From Octopus bimaculoides (lineage: Eukaryota), in the NCBI RefSeq assembly GCF_001194135.2, contig NC_068991.1, forward strand, positions 43,877,782 through 43,941,551: a stretch of 63,770 nucleotides of DNA, in the 5' to 3' direction. The notes under the pieces were generated by a model that worked only from the letters and a program-made list of their open reading frames with translations, made no database searches and had not been told where the DNA came from. Position numbers and translations under genes: made by a program. This document shows positions 12,186-25,269 of this stretch, piece by piece (the stretch's first letter is position 1; each line of letters starts with the position of its first letter).

Positions 12186-12424
12186 ATGCATATGCACACA
12201 TGATATACATAACTGTGAGCTCCCCACTTCAAACTGATGAAGAATAGCCTCCTCTTTGAATAACATGAATATACATTTTATTAATATATTATACATATAT
12301 TGAGTACTTTTTTCTCCCTTTTGTAAATTCAGTCTTATATATCTATATATATCACTGTTCATCGACATCACTTAAATGTTCACTTTTCCCTGATTGCATG
12401 GGTCAAATGTAATTTGTTGAGGTG

Positions 12425-12845
12425 AAGTTTCTACAGCTGGATGCCTTTCCTGTCATCAACCCTCACCTGATTCTAAGTAAGGTAATATTTCCCCATGTAA
12501 AAAAAAAGACACCCCCCCTTTTGGTCATGAATGACCATGGGATTGCACCTAGAAAGTTCCCCTCTGAGGCACAAGTCCAGGCAAGGTTGTTTATGGAAGA
12601 CCAGCAGTTGCCCATACATACCAGCCTTCCCTCTCCATGCCACCAATGTTATCCAAGGGAAGAGCAAAGGCAGATAGAACTTGGCACCAGTGATGTTGCA
12701 ACTCATTTCTACAGCTGAGTGAACTAGAGCAACATGAAATAAAGTGTCTTGCCCAAGAAAACAACACACAGCCCAGTCCAGGAATCAAACTCACTACTTC
12801 ATGATTGTGAGCCCAATGCTCTAACCACTGAGCCTTCCCATGACC
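12425..12845 (-). mobile_element. SINE family C (tRNA head, TTGGGCAAGACAC...CACTCAGCTGTA central block, RTE-like tail)
   Basis: Minus strand reads GGCTCAGTGGTTAGAGC...GAGTTTGATTCC. The 3' part shares the AGGCATCCAGCTGTAGAAAC motif with RTE 3' ends in this window. Confidence 0.65.
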
Positions 12846-14041
12846 AGACATATTTTCGCAGAGGATTAGAAACAAAGGACACTGCTTGCATAACAATGTC
12901 ATACGTTTGCAACTATCGTGATATCAAAGCAAAGAGAAAGTAATGCACACACACACACACCTATATACATACATATGTGTATATATGACAGGCTTCTTTC
13001 ATCTGCTTCAATACTGGATTCACGTACATGGCTTTGGGCAACCTGGGAGTAGAATAGTGGGACTGAACCCCAAACCATGTGATTGGGAAGCACAGCCACA
13101 CCTGTACCTAAATCATTCATAAATGCACCTTCACAGTGTATGTGAGTAATATAAAATTAGAGAGGTGATTCCTTAATATCAGCCTATCTCAAAGAAAATA
13201 GATAAATTTCAGTGTGAAGCTATGAAAGGACAGGTAACAGTCAGACAGCTGACCTGGGGCTAAACAGCAACAACATTGCTAATTACTGACATACACAGAC
13301 ACACACACATACATGTACACAAATACACACCATACACACACACACACACACACACATGCCCAGGTCTAATTGCATAGTAGTCAGCTAGTGACTATTTTTT
13401 ATGTTATGTTGACAATTTGTGTCATTACATGTTCACACACACACACACACATGTTTCAGTTTGTGTGTATGGGTATGTATGCACAAGTATGCATGTATGT
13501 ATGTGCCATACGTGTGAGTGTTTTGTGTACACGTGTCTATGTATGTTATATAGCTGTATGTGAACTGTATGTCTTCAAATGAAGTGTGCGTATTGTAAGA
13601 TTACATATGTGTATAGTTTTACATCAGACAAAGCCACACACAGACCTTATATCCCCTACACACACATGCACACACTTTAGCTATTGAATGACTATGATTT
13701 TTTTATTGTTAATTACCAAGTTCCAACAATGACTAGTCACTGCTTATTCTGACAAACTCTCTCTCTCTCTCATTTCTCTCCCTTTCACTCACACACTTTT
13801 TAGATCAGGTTAATAAAAGATGAAGGACAGATCTCATTCAGCCAATCACTTGATGTGCTGTTTACACTAAATAAGTCCTGTCTAGTGAGATTGGAGAATG
13901 GTCAGTGGTTGGGTGGGTGAATGGGGTAAAACTTATTTACTGCTAGATGGGTTTGAAATTTCATTCTTTCACTCACCCACCCTGCCTCTCTATCTTTCAT
14001 CATGCAATCATGTGTGAATGTGTTTATATAAATTTAGTTTG

Positions 14042-14073
<32 letters not shown>

Positions 14074-14889
14074 GTTTTTGAGCAACACACTTCAATTTAT
14101 GTTCCTCTGTGATCATTTCAACATTTGATACTTGTGCACCTGTACAGGCAATGTTGATGTGATGGAGGTAATGTGCCTATGTACAACACAAACATTTGAT
14201 CACTATAAACAAATCATCCATGTAGTTGTTCAGCAAGAAATTCTGGAACTCTCATCAGCCATCTAATGATGAGAGAGTCTATANNNNNNNNNNNNNNNNN
14301 NNNNNNNNNNNNNNNNNNNNNNNNNNNNNNNNNNNNNNNNNNNNNNNNNNNNNNNNNNNNNNNNNNNNNNNNNNNNNNNNNNNNNNNNNNNNNNNNNNNN
14401 NNNNNNNNNNNNNNNNNNNNNNNNNNNNNNNNNNNNNNNNNNNNNNNNNNNNNNNNNNNNNNNNNNNNNNNNNNNNNNNNNNNNNNNNNNNNNNNNNNNN
14501 NNNNNNNNNNNNNNNNNNNNNNNNNNNNNNNNNNNNNNNNNNNNNNNNNNNNNNNNNNNNNNNNNNNNNNNNNNNNNNNNNNNNNNNNNNNNNNNNNNNN
14601 NNNNNNNNNNNNNNNNNNNNNNNNNNNNNNNNNNNNNNNNNNNNNNNNNNNNNNNNNNNNNNNNNNNNNNNNNNNNNNNNNNNNNNNNNNNNNNNNNNNN
14701 NNNNNNNNNNNNNNNNNNNNNNNNNNNNNNNNNNNNNNNNNNNNNNNNNNNNNNNNNNNNNNNNNNNNNNNNNNNNNNNNNNNNNNNNNNNNNNNNNNNN
14801 NNNNNNNNNNNNNNNNNNNNNNNNNNNNNNNNNNNNNNNNNNNNNNNGTTTAATACATTCATTTTAGATATTTTATATATGGGAATAAT

Positions 14890-15245
14890 TGAAATGTATT
14901 TAATTTTTTATCTTTTACTTGAAGGGGTTAGTTGAATAAATTGACCCCCGTACTTATTCTTTTCTTTTTTTTTAAATTCTGGTACTTATTCTATCTGTCT
15001 CTTTTGCTGAACTACTAAGTTATGTTAATGTAAACAAACCAATACCAGTTGTCAAGCTGGTGGGGGATAAACACAAACACAAAGGCACACACACACACGC
15101 AATGAGCTTCCACACTGTTTCTATCTTCCAATTTCACTCAAAAGGCATTGGTTGGCATATGCCCAAGATGCTACACATAGGGATTGAACCTGAAACTACA
15201 TGGTTACAAAACAAGCTTCTTAACCACACAGCCATGACTGCGCCT
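14890..15245 (-). mobile_element. SINE A, degenerate (further partial copies at 12950-13110 and 15600-15790)
   Basis: Family head and tail motifs. Confidence 0.75.
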
Positions 15246-15789
15246 ATAATAAAGAAAACTGTTAAATAGATTTAAGGTTGCTTTAAAAATAAATGATTTG
15301 TGTATGGAATTAAAGTGAATTAGTTCAAGGTTCAAAGTCAAAATAAAATAATTGAAGTACACACTAACTAACCTTTAATATGTTCTAATTTTCATTTTTA
15401 CCAGACAGAAAACATATTGCTCCTAAAGTTAATTTTCATCAATAGTAACCGCTCTTTAAAAACTATTGATAGCCATGTCCTATCATGAAAAACATAAAAA
15501 TGTACTGTAGTATTTCATAAATTCAAAGCATGGATTCAATTAATATTTGGCTATCTTTAATCCTTTTGAAATTCATTTTAGTTGAACTTAATCTTTTTGT
15601 TCTTCCTTGTTTCAGTCATTCAACTGCAGCCATGTTGGGCACCACCTTGAAAGTTTAGTTGAACAAATTGATCCCGCTACTAATTATTTTTCTTTAAGTC
15701 TGGTACTTATTCTATTGGTCTCTCTTTTGTTGAACTACCAAGGTATGAGGACATAAACACACCAGCAGCAGTTGTCAAGGAGTGAAACC

Positions 15790-16400
15790 ATATCTAAGGA
15801 GTGAAACCAACCAAGTGTTGATAGCTTTAATCTTATTCCGTCCATTTAATTTCGACTCAAGGATCAGTCTCACTCTGCGCAAATACTCCACCTAAAATTT
15901 TTCTGTCATTTCTTTCTCCATCAATTTATCCATTTCCAAAATCCCCAAGTACTTATAGCCCATCTCTTCTATCTACTTCATAACCTCCCCCAACGGTATC
16001 GTTAGCCCATCCATACATTTGATTTTGCTTCTCTTCAAGACTAACACACTACACTTTCTCAGTCCAAACTCCATTCTGATATCAACACTGAAGGTACACA
16101 CTGTATCAACAAGGAAACTGACTTGGGCTTCATCTTTACCATAAAGTTTGAGGTCATCCATGAATAACAAATGGTTGACTTTTTGTTGGTGGCTTTTGAA
16201 TACATACTCAACATTTGTTTTTCTCAGAATCAGTCTTAGTGGTATCATGCACAGTACAAAGATCAGTGGGGACAGGCAGTCCCCTTGGAAGATGCCCCCC
16301 CCCCCAGCCTAATTTCTACTGTCCCTAAACTTCTTCCGTATGCTATCAGGTCCGTCCTCCAATTCGCCAGTCTTTGGGAATAGTAGGAGGAAGAGATGTT
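15790..16400 (-). mobile_element. R4/Dong-like non-LTR RT fragment
   Basis: GIFQGDCLSPLIFVLCMIPL, NHLLFMDDLKLY, MEFGLRKC, YKYLGILE, KLNGRNKIKAINTW (ORF 15973-16248 and flanks). Confidence 0.85.
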
Positions 16401-16882
16401 TACCCTGTTGGATTTTTTAATTTCTGAATTTCTTTTTCTTTTTCTCTTGGAATTTTTCCTTTCTTTTTAAAAGTTTTGCTGTGGTTTACTGTTTTTGTAG
16501 TTGTGCAGTATGTATATATTGGCAGGTGCTTACTTAATTTTTTTTTCATGCATTTAATTGTGTTATTACAATAAAAGACATATTTACATATTCTGTTAGT
16601 CAGGGAAGAAGGGAAGACAAAATGTTCACACAAAATTGGAGATATTAAACTTTCTAAATTTTATTTTGAGGTGTTCATTTGTAAGTCCAAAGCTGTAAGT
16701 CGAACTTATTTTGAGGGAAATTCAAAATACAGAAAGCTGTAGATAGTCCAGTCTTTTAGAGTTATCTTTTCAGTTGTCCTGGTTGTATTAGTGTTTCTGT
16801 GTCTTCAGCTGCTGACAGGTCAGAGCAGCGAAGAACATGTCCAGCCACTGTCACGATCATCATCATCTGCTATTGAAAGGAG

Positions 16883-16921
<39 letters not shown>

Positions 16922-17140
16922 GTAAAGACTATTTGCCAACATAATGTGGCTGTCCTGGAAGGGACGATTGTTACTGTTTCTAGCTGGCTATACGACACAA
17001 TATCTATGTCCTTATATCATATTATATTATGTTCTATATTGTGTCATATAACCAGCTGGAAACGATATTTCCTGGGGCTAAACAACAGTAACAACTGTCC
17101 CTTTGAGGACAGCCACATTATGTTGGCAAATAATCTTTAC
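16922..17140. mobile_element. Fold-back fragment related to the 3' end of the 48.8-kb element, abutting (TA)n 16884-16919
   Basis: Arms 16922-17003 and 17036-17140 are inverted. Right arm shares TACTGTTG-TTTAGCCCCAGG...CCAGCTGG.TAT..GACACA with 48830-48882. Confidence 0.7.
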
Positions 17141-17169
17141 TTTCAAGAACTGTTACTGAGTATCTCTCA

Positions 17170-17655
17170 TTGAGAGAAGTGAAATCGAAATCGAATTCAA
17201 TGACAGCAACACCTGACTGTCATCCATGCTAGTGGAGTGCTAAGAGCACCATCCAGGGGTGATCATTGCCAGGGCTACTGACTGGCTCCTGTGCCGCTAG
17301 CACGTAAAAAGCACCATTCGAGCATGATCATTACCAGTGTCGCCTTACTGGCACTTGTGCTGGTGGCACATGAAAGACAACATTCGAGCGAGGTTGTTGC
17401 CAGTGCCGCTGGACTGGCTCCTGTGCAGGTGGTACATAAACAACACTATTTGAGCGTGGCCTTGCCAGTACCACCTGACTGGCACGTAAAAGCACCCACT
17501 ACACTCTCGGAGTGGTTGGTGTTAGGAAGCTGTAGAAACTCTGCCAGATCAGATTGGAGCCTGGTGCAGCCATCTGGCTCGCCAATCCTCAGTCAAACTG
17601 TCTAGCCCATGCCAACATGGAAAGCAGATGTTAAACAATGATGATGATGATGATA
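17170..17655 (+). mobile_element. RTE 3' UTR fragment with about 64-bp subrepeats and (GAT)n tail
   Basis: Homologous to 19540-20003 and 36040-36485. Confidence 0.85.
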
Positions 17656-17657
17656 TA

Positions 17658-20003
17658 TTCCTATGGGACGACTTGTTGAGAGCTACTGACCAGATCTGTG
17701 GATGGTGCAAAGACCCCTCTCGACCCAAGGTAATGTGGTGGTGCAACAATGTAGTTGACAGGGCCATTAGGGAAAAGAAACAGGCATGGACGGACTAGAA
17801 GAACAGTGGTAGCAGGGAATTGTACCAGATTGCCAGAGGGGAAGCTAGGAGACAGGTTTACTTAGTCAGAGGAGAAGCAGATAAGAAAAAATTCGCCAAT
17901 GTTCTGCATCGTGAGGACCAGACACTGGAAGTGTTTTGTGTCACAAGACAGTGTGTGAGAGACAATCATGATGTCATAGGAGAGATATGTGTCCACATGG
18001 ATGCTGGCTCACTTGCATTTAATGAGGCTGTAATGAGAGAGACTTGGAGACGCCACTATGAAAAGTTGCTAAATGAAGAGAATGAATGAGAGAAAGAGAG
18101 TCTGCCGAATGTCGACCCAACAGAAGGACCAGCTATCTAAATTGACAGTACCCATCAGGAATCACCGTAGAGATGCTTAAAATATCTGGCGGTGTCAGAT
18201 ATAGCCTAGTCACCCATATAGTCAGTCAGGTGATACATGAAGGAGTCATACCCAATGACTGATGTAGCAGCACCATAGTCAATTGCTACAAAGGTAAAGG
18301 TAATGCATTAGATACGAATAATTACAGAGGTATCAAGTTGTTGGATCAGATAATGAAAGTCACTGAGAGGGTCATAGCCCAACTAATTAGGGAGAGAGTC
18401 AGTTTAGATGAGATGCAGTTTGGGTTTGTGCCAGGGAAAAGCACCACTGATGCTATATTTCTGGTAAGACAGCTGCAGGAGAAATACCTAGCCAAAGATA
18501 AACCTCTGTACCTGGCTTTTGTTGACATGGAGAAAGCCTTTGACAGGGTCCCCCGATCCCTTATCTGGTGGTCATTGTGGAAACAGGAATGCTGTCAGTA
18601 AAGTGGGGGCTGGCAACGAGTACAATGAAGAATTCCAGGTAGGTGTAGGAGTCCTCAGCCCCCTCTTATTCATCATAGTCCTCCAGGCAATAACACAGGA
18701 ATTCAAGACAGGATGCTCCTGGGAGCTCCTCTATGCTGATGACCTTGCTCTAATAGCTGAGTCACGATCAGAACTAGAGGAGAAGTTTCAGGTGTGGAAG
18801 CAAGGACTAGAATCAAAGGGCCTTAGAGTCAATCTAGCAAAAACAAAAGTCTTAGTAAGTAAGAAAGCATACAAATCACAAATCCCATCAGGTAGATAGT
18901 CCTGCTCGATAGAAAAAGCGTAGGTAGAAACTCCATAAGATGTACCCAGTGTAGGCTATGGACACATAAGAGGTGCAGCAATATCAAAGGAAGGCTAACT
19001 GAGAAGATAGTTTTTGCGTGTGGCAAATGCTCAGGGGCAATAAACACTGAAAATGTACAGAAAACAGCTTCCGTCACATGCCAGGGAGAAAAACTAGAAG
19101 TAGTTGATAGCTTCTGTTACCTAGGTGACCAAGTCAGTAGCGGGGGTGGATGCTCTGAGAGTGTAGCTGCTAGAATAAGAATAGCCTGGGCAAAGTTCAA
19201 AGAGCTCCTACTTCTGCTGGTGACAAAGGGCCTCTCGCTCAGAGTAAAAGGTAGACTGTATGACGCATGTGTGCGAATAGCCATGCTACATGGCAATGAA
19301 ACATGAGCCATGACTGTAGAGGGAACTTGTGGAAGAGGTGGACCCAGGAAGACCTGGGATGAGGTGGTGAAGCATGACCTTCAAACATTGGGCCTCACAG
19401 AGGCGATGACAAGTGTCCGAGACCTTTGGAGATATGCTGTGCTTCAGAAGACCTGGCAAGCCAAGTGAGACTGTAACTTTGGCCTATGCTAGTGCAGCAT
19501 AACAGGCCCATTTAAGAATACCCTTCAATCATCGGGCAATAAACTGAACTTGCGAAGACCTGTTGAGTCAAGTGAAGTCATTGTCGTGGCTGATGACAGT
19601 ATCACCCATGCCGGTGGCATGTAAAAAGCAGCATTTGAGTGTGATCGTTGCTAGTATCACCTGACTGGTCCTGTGCTGGTGGCATGTAAAAAGCATCATT
19701 TCAGTGTGATCATTGCTAGTGCCGCCTGACTGGCTCCTATGCTGGTAGCATGTAAAAAAGCACTATTCGAGCATGGTCAATACCAGTGCCGGCTGACTGG
19801 TCCCGTGCCGGTGGCATGTGAAAAGCACCCACTACATTCTCGGAGTGGTTGGCATTAGGAAGGGCATCTAGCTGTAGAAACTTTGCCAGATCAGAATGGA
19901 GCCTGGTGCAGCCTTCTGGCTTGCCAGCCCTCAGTCAAACTGTCCGTCCCATGCCAGCATGGAATGCGGACATTAAACAACGACAACGATGATGATGATG
20001 ATG
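17658..20003 (+). mobile_element. 5'-truncated RTE-clade LINE, RT disrupted by stops and frameshifts, (GAT)n tail
   Basis: QFGFVPGKSTTDAIF, YLAFVDMEKAFDRV, LSPLLF, ELLYADDLAL, VNLAKTK; 3' UTR and tail at 19470-20003. Confidence 0.95.
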
Positions 20004-20004
20004 C

Positions 20005-20070
20005 ATACATACATACATACATACATACATACATACATACATACATACATACATACATACATACATACAT
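20005..20070. repeat. (ACAT)n microsatellite fused to the RTE tail
   Basis: Direct reading. Confidence 0.95.
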
Positions 20071-20999
20071 TCTACTAAACAAATTACCTTTCTACTAAAT
20101 CATTTTATGTTCAGTCATGCTTGAAACATCTCAGCCTCCTCTTTTTCCATTTTAAACTGAGTGTCAACCTAAGACATACATTGTGTATGTCCTTTTGTTA
20201 TTTGTGTTTTTATTTTTCATTTGCTTGATATATATATATATAAAATAGCAACCTTAAATCTATTTAACATTTTTCTTTATTTGATTTATTTCATTTCAGT
20301 TATTTTTTTTTATATGGGAATATATTATATTTGAAATGAATGTATTAAACTCCAACAACAATCAAGTTATTGTGAAAACAATTACCATGAATTATTTTAG
20401 AATTTTATGGCATCCTAAATGTCTTATCTGTTAATTGAAATATCTTTTCTCCAAGCAAAACACTGAGTTACTGCCCCTGTTATACACAGATTCTGTCATT
20501 CACTTTAATATAAGGATAAGAAACTTTGTCTTTATTTTCTTAGCAATTTTTTTTTTTTTTACCCTACCAGTTATAAATTTTAGAAAAACTGTTCTAAATT
20601 ACTATAACATATACACGATTTTACAGTCACAACATTTAAACTGTTGAAATCTCATTTTAGCAGTAATGCATCTTTTTATTGATATTTAACAGTATTTTTT
20701 ACAAACGCAATCTTTTATTTGCAAATATAAATACTCTGTTATTTATAATCCATTAGAATAATATTTTTACATCCATTTATATTAAATTTCTCCCTTCTCC
20801 AAATTTACATACTTTTCATTGCACATCTAATGTATTTTAGCATATCCATTATCTTCTCCCTCACATTGTATTTTTTAACAAACTAGTTGCAGCTTCATTA
20901 TTTTTCGGATATTGTAATTCTACCTTCCCTACCATTCTCTTCCATGTTTGATTACACACACACACACACATCATGATAATGATGGCAGCCCATTTGTCT

Positions 21000-21540
21000 C
21001 CAAAGATCATGAAGAAGAATGACACGCCTTCAAGTCGTTATGTAACCTGATCAATGATGCTGCAGGACTTTCTTCCTCATAGTGCTTAATAGTTTTAAAG
21101 TGAGAGTCAGTTCGTGTAATCTGATTCCGCTCTTTAGACTTGGAGATCTGACCACAGTGGCTCAGCAGGCTAAGATAGCTGCAACGACCAGAAAGCAGTA
21201 GATTTTACATTGGAGTGGCCTTCTCCTAGGTGAATTGACTTACAGGGATGGAGAGCTCCATCTACCCTGGAGTTGCCAAAAGGATGTCAAAAGGGGCACT
21301 GCACCACCTGAGGGACCCCATTCCTTGCTTTACAATGGAAGTTGACTATCCAAGTATTTTCCTTTCCCAAGGCATTCACAAGGCTGTGAGGGTTTGTGCT
21401 TGGAGTTTCTTCCATAACATGCTAAATAACCCATAAATAGGACTTTCACAAGTGCTACTACACTGGGTCAGAATAGACCTGAGAATAATAGTGACTACAA
21501 GGTGGTTCCACACTCCTCAAAATGTTGGACTTCTTGAAAC
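21000..21540 (-). mobile_element. Old RTE-like 5' UTR relic (tentative)
   Basis: Minus strand contains CTAGGAGAAGG.CACTCC, recalled from RTE 5' UTRs; no ORF. Confidence 0.35.
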
Positions 21541-21721
21541 AAGGACCCACTACTGGATGCAGGTATGTCTGTGTATTGAATATTATATATATATATATAT
21601 ATATAGGTATGTCTAGATGTATGTATGTATATAATGTATGTATATATGTATATATGTGTGTGTATATATGTGTGCGTGTATATGTATGTGTGTATATATA
21701 TATATATGTATGTAAATATAT

Positions 21722-23769
21722 GTGTCCATAGCTTACACTGGGTACATCTTATGGAGTTTCTACCTACACCTTTTCTAAAGATCGAGCAGGGCCATCTACC
21801 TGAAGGGGTTTGTGTTTTGTCTACCTTCCTACTTATTAGGACTTTGGTTTTAGCTAGGTTGACTCTAAGGCCCTTCGATTCTAGTCCTTGCTTCCACACC
21901 TGAAACTTCTCCTCTAGTTCTGATAATGACTCAGCAATTAGGGCAAGGTCATCAGCATAGAGGAGCTCCCAGGGGCATACCGTCTTGAATTCCTGTGTTA
22001 TTGCCTGGAGAACTATGATAAATAGTAGGGGGCTGAGGACTGAACCTTGGTGGACCCCTACCTCTACCCGGAATTCTTCACTGTACTCGTTGCCAACTCT
22101 CACCTTACTGACAGCATCCCTGTACATGGCTTGCACAGCTCTCACTAACCACTCATCTATCCCTAGTTTCCTCATTGACCTACAGATAAGGGAGTGGGGG
22201 GCCCTGTCAAAGGCTTTTTCCATGTCAACAAAAGCCAGGTACAGAGGTTTTTCTTTGGCTAGGTATTTCTCCTGCAGCTGTCTTACCAGAAATATAGCAT
22301 CAGTTGTGCTTTTCCCTGGAACGAACCCAAACTGCATCTCATCTAAACTGACTCTCTCCTTAATTTGTTGAGCTATGACCCTCTCAGTGACCTTCATTAC
22401 CTGGTCCAACAACTTGATACTTCTGTAATTGTTTGTGTCTAAAGCGTCACCTTTACCTTTGTAGTTGTTGACTATTGTGCTGCTACACCAGTCATTGGGT
22501 ATGACTCTTTCGTGTATTACCTGATTAACTATATGGGTGACTAGGCTATAGCCGACACTGCCAGATATTTTAAGCATCTCTGCAGTGATTCCTGATGGGC
22601 CGGAGGCTTTCCCTGTCTTCATACTCTTGATCGCTTTATCTACCAAGGTACTTACAATTAGGATAGCTGATCTCTCTGTTGGGTCGACATGCGGCAGCCT
22701 CTCTTCCCCCCATTCTCTTTATTAAGCAGCCTTTCATAGTGGCGTCTCCAAACCTCTCTCTTTGCAACCTTGTTTAGTGCAAGTGAGCCACCATCCAAGC
22801 GGACACATTTCTCACCTACGACATCACAATTCTCTTTCACACACTGTCTTGCACCACGAAATACTTCAAGTCTTTGGTCCTCACGGCGCAGAACATTGGC
22901 AAATTTTTTCTTATCTGCTTCCCCTCTGGCTAAGTAAACCTGTCTCCTAGCTTCCCTTCTGGCAGTCTGATACAATTCCCTGCTACCTCCGTTCTTCCAG
23001 TCCTTCCAAGCCTGCTTCTTTTGTCTAATAGCCCTGTCTACCACATTGTTCCTCCACCACGTTACTTTGGGTCAAGAGTGGACTTTGCACCAGCCACAGA
23101 TCTGGTCGATGGCTCTCAGCAGGTTGTTCCGTAGAAACCTTCAATTGTCTTCCACGTTGTGTGATGCTATATCCCCTTCTATTTCATCAAATGGTTTGAG
23201 TAAGACATTTCTAAATCTCTGTCCATTTGCAGGATCTTTAAACTTCCAAACCCTTCTCCTCCAAGCTGGTCTACTTCTGGGCAACCATTTAGCCTTGATC
23301 CCAAAGTCGCTAACTACTAATCTGTGTTGAGGGGTACATTCTTCACCTGGGAAGGTTTTGGAATTTATAAGCTGTCCTCTTTCCCTATTTCTGGCGAGGA
23401 TGTAGTCAATTTGGCTAGTGTGTCTGCCGGAATGGTAGGTGACTAGGTGACAGGCAGGTTTCCTGAAGTTGGTATTGCAAACCATAAGATCGTTTGCATC
23501 ACAGAACTCCAGCAGTCTGGTTCCCTCTTCATTTCAGGAACGAAGCCATAACCTCCATGTACGCCATAGAAGTCCCCTGCATGTTGTCCAACATGACCAT
23601 TGAAATCACCAGCCACAAAGAGAAGGTCCCGTCATTCGTCAATGAGGTAGTTTGCAACAGGGTGCCATAGAAATTGTCTTTCTGCCCATCTGGTAGCCCT
23701 GGTTGAGGGGCATAGGCCGAGATGACGGTAGCTAACCTATGGTGAAGTACTAGTCTAATTTTAAGTACT
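21722..23769 (-). mobile_element. RTE-clade LINE fragment (partial APE endonuclease + RT), truncated at both ends
   Basis: VISAYAPQ, DFNGHVG-like, QIDYIL, KASGPSG, RT motifs GVHQGSVLSPLLF and LYADDL in ORF 21495-22646. The last about 75 aa of that ORF are read-through into a microsatellite. Confidence 0.95.
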
Positions 23770-24803
23770 GATGAGATGGATGCAAATTCAAGTGCTGGTC
23801 CTGATGGTTTCCCAGCAATCCTTCTCAAATCGTGTAAGCATGCCCTGGCAAAACCCCTCCAGATTCTCTTCCAGAGCTTTCTTGCAAATTGCAGGCTGCC
23901 AAGCAAACTGAAGGAGGGAATAATATGCCCAATCCATAAAGGGAGAAGCAGAGCAGATGCCAAAACCTATAGGCCTATCTCTCTGATTTCACTCATCAGC
24001 AAAGTCATGGAATGGATAGTCAGAAGGAAACTAATTGCATTCCTTGAAGAAAACAATTTCCTCAGTGATACCCAGCCTGGCTTTCGACCAGGTACGAGCT
24101 GCCTGACTTAGCTCTTACAGCACTATGACTGGGTGTTAAGGCAGTTACTCAACAACTCAAATGTGGACGTAATATACCTTGACTTTGCAAAAGCTTTAGA
24201 TAAAGTGGATTATGGTATATGTCACAAACTGCATGATCTTGGCATAACTGGAAAACTTGGTGAGTGGTTACAGGCAGTAGTGGCCAATGGAGCAACTCAA
24301 TGAAAACACAAATGATGAACGGTGTTCCACAGGGCACTGTCTTGGGACCACTGCTTTTTATAGTGGCCCTCTCAGATATGCCCTCAACTACCTGGATAGC
24401 CACCCTTGCTAGCTATGCAGACGATAGGAAAGTCTTCCAGAAAATACAGAACCCCAGATAGGCTGAAGATAATAATATACAGTTTAATGCTGAAAAATTC
24501 CAAGCCCTGCGCTACCAGCATCCAAAACTGAATATAAAACTTACAGGGTACACTGGTTCACAGGGGATTACAATCCCAGAGCCTAAATCAGTAATTGAAC
24601 TAGGTATCTACATGAGTGATGATACCCTTTCCAAGTGCACATTACAAGGATAGTGACAAAGTGCAGATGACTGGCTGGATGGATCCTGAGAACTTTCAGA
24701 ACCAGAGAGAAGGAAACCATGATGGTCCTCTGGACAACATTTATCCTCAGCCGCCTTGATTACTGCTCCCAGCTATGGTCACCCAACAGTGCAAAATTAA
24801 CTC
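23770..24803 (+). mobile_element. CR1/L2-group LINE RT fragment
   Basis: SAGPDG, YRPISL, QPGFRPG.SC, DVIYLDFAKA.DKV, GVPQGTVLGPLLF, SYADD; C-terminal part matches the 50-kb copy. Confidence 0.9.
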
Positions 24804-25025
24804 GGATAGCTGGTCCCTCTGTTGGGTCAACATTCAGCAGACTCTCTTTCTCCTATTCATTCTCTTTATCAAGCAACATTTCATAGTGGTGTCTCCAAAC
24901 CTCTCTCTTTGCTGCCACGCTTAGTGCAAGTGAACCATCATCCATGCGGACACATTTCTCTCCTATGACATCACAATTCTCTCTCACACACTGTCTTGCA
25001 ACACGAAATACCTCAAGTCTTTGGT
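24804..25025 (-). mobile_element. RTE internal fragment
   Basis: Homologous, with visible divergence, to 22660-22880. Confidence 0.9.
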
Positions 25026-25026
25026 C

Positions 25027-25268
25027 CCGCGTGTGTATATGTTTGTGTGTCTGTCTTTGCCCCCCCCCCCAACATTCTTTGACAAGCGATGCTGGTGTGT
25101 TTACATCCCCGAACTTAGTGGTTCGGCAAAAGGACCGATAGAATAAGTACTAGGCTTGCAATGAATAAGTCCTGGGGGTCGATTTGCTCAACTAAAGGCG
25201 GTGCTCCAGCATGGCCACAGTCAAATGACTGAAACAAGTAAAAGAATAAAAGAAAATAAAAGAATAAA
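25027..25268 (+). mobile_element. SINE A 3' half
   Basis: Family tail with AAAAGAAT repeats. Confidence 0.85.
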
Positions 25269-25269
25269 A

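Noticed and set aside
17265-17500. CRISPR-like regular repeats (also the SINE B array)
   Set aside because: No invariant repeat alternating with unique spacers and no cas genes; explained by the RTE 3' UTR and SINEs in a eukaryotic context.
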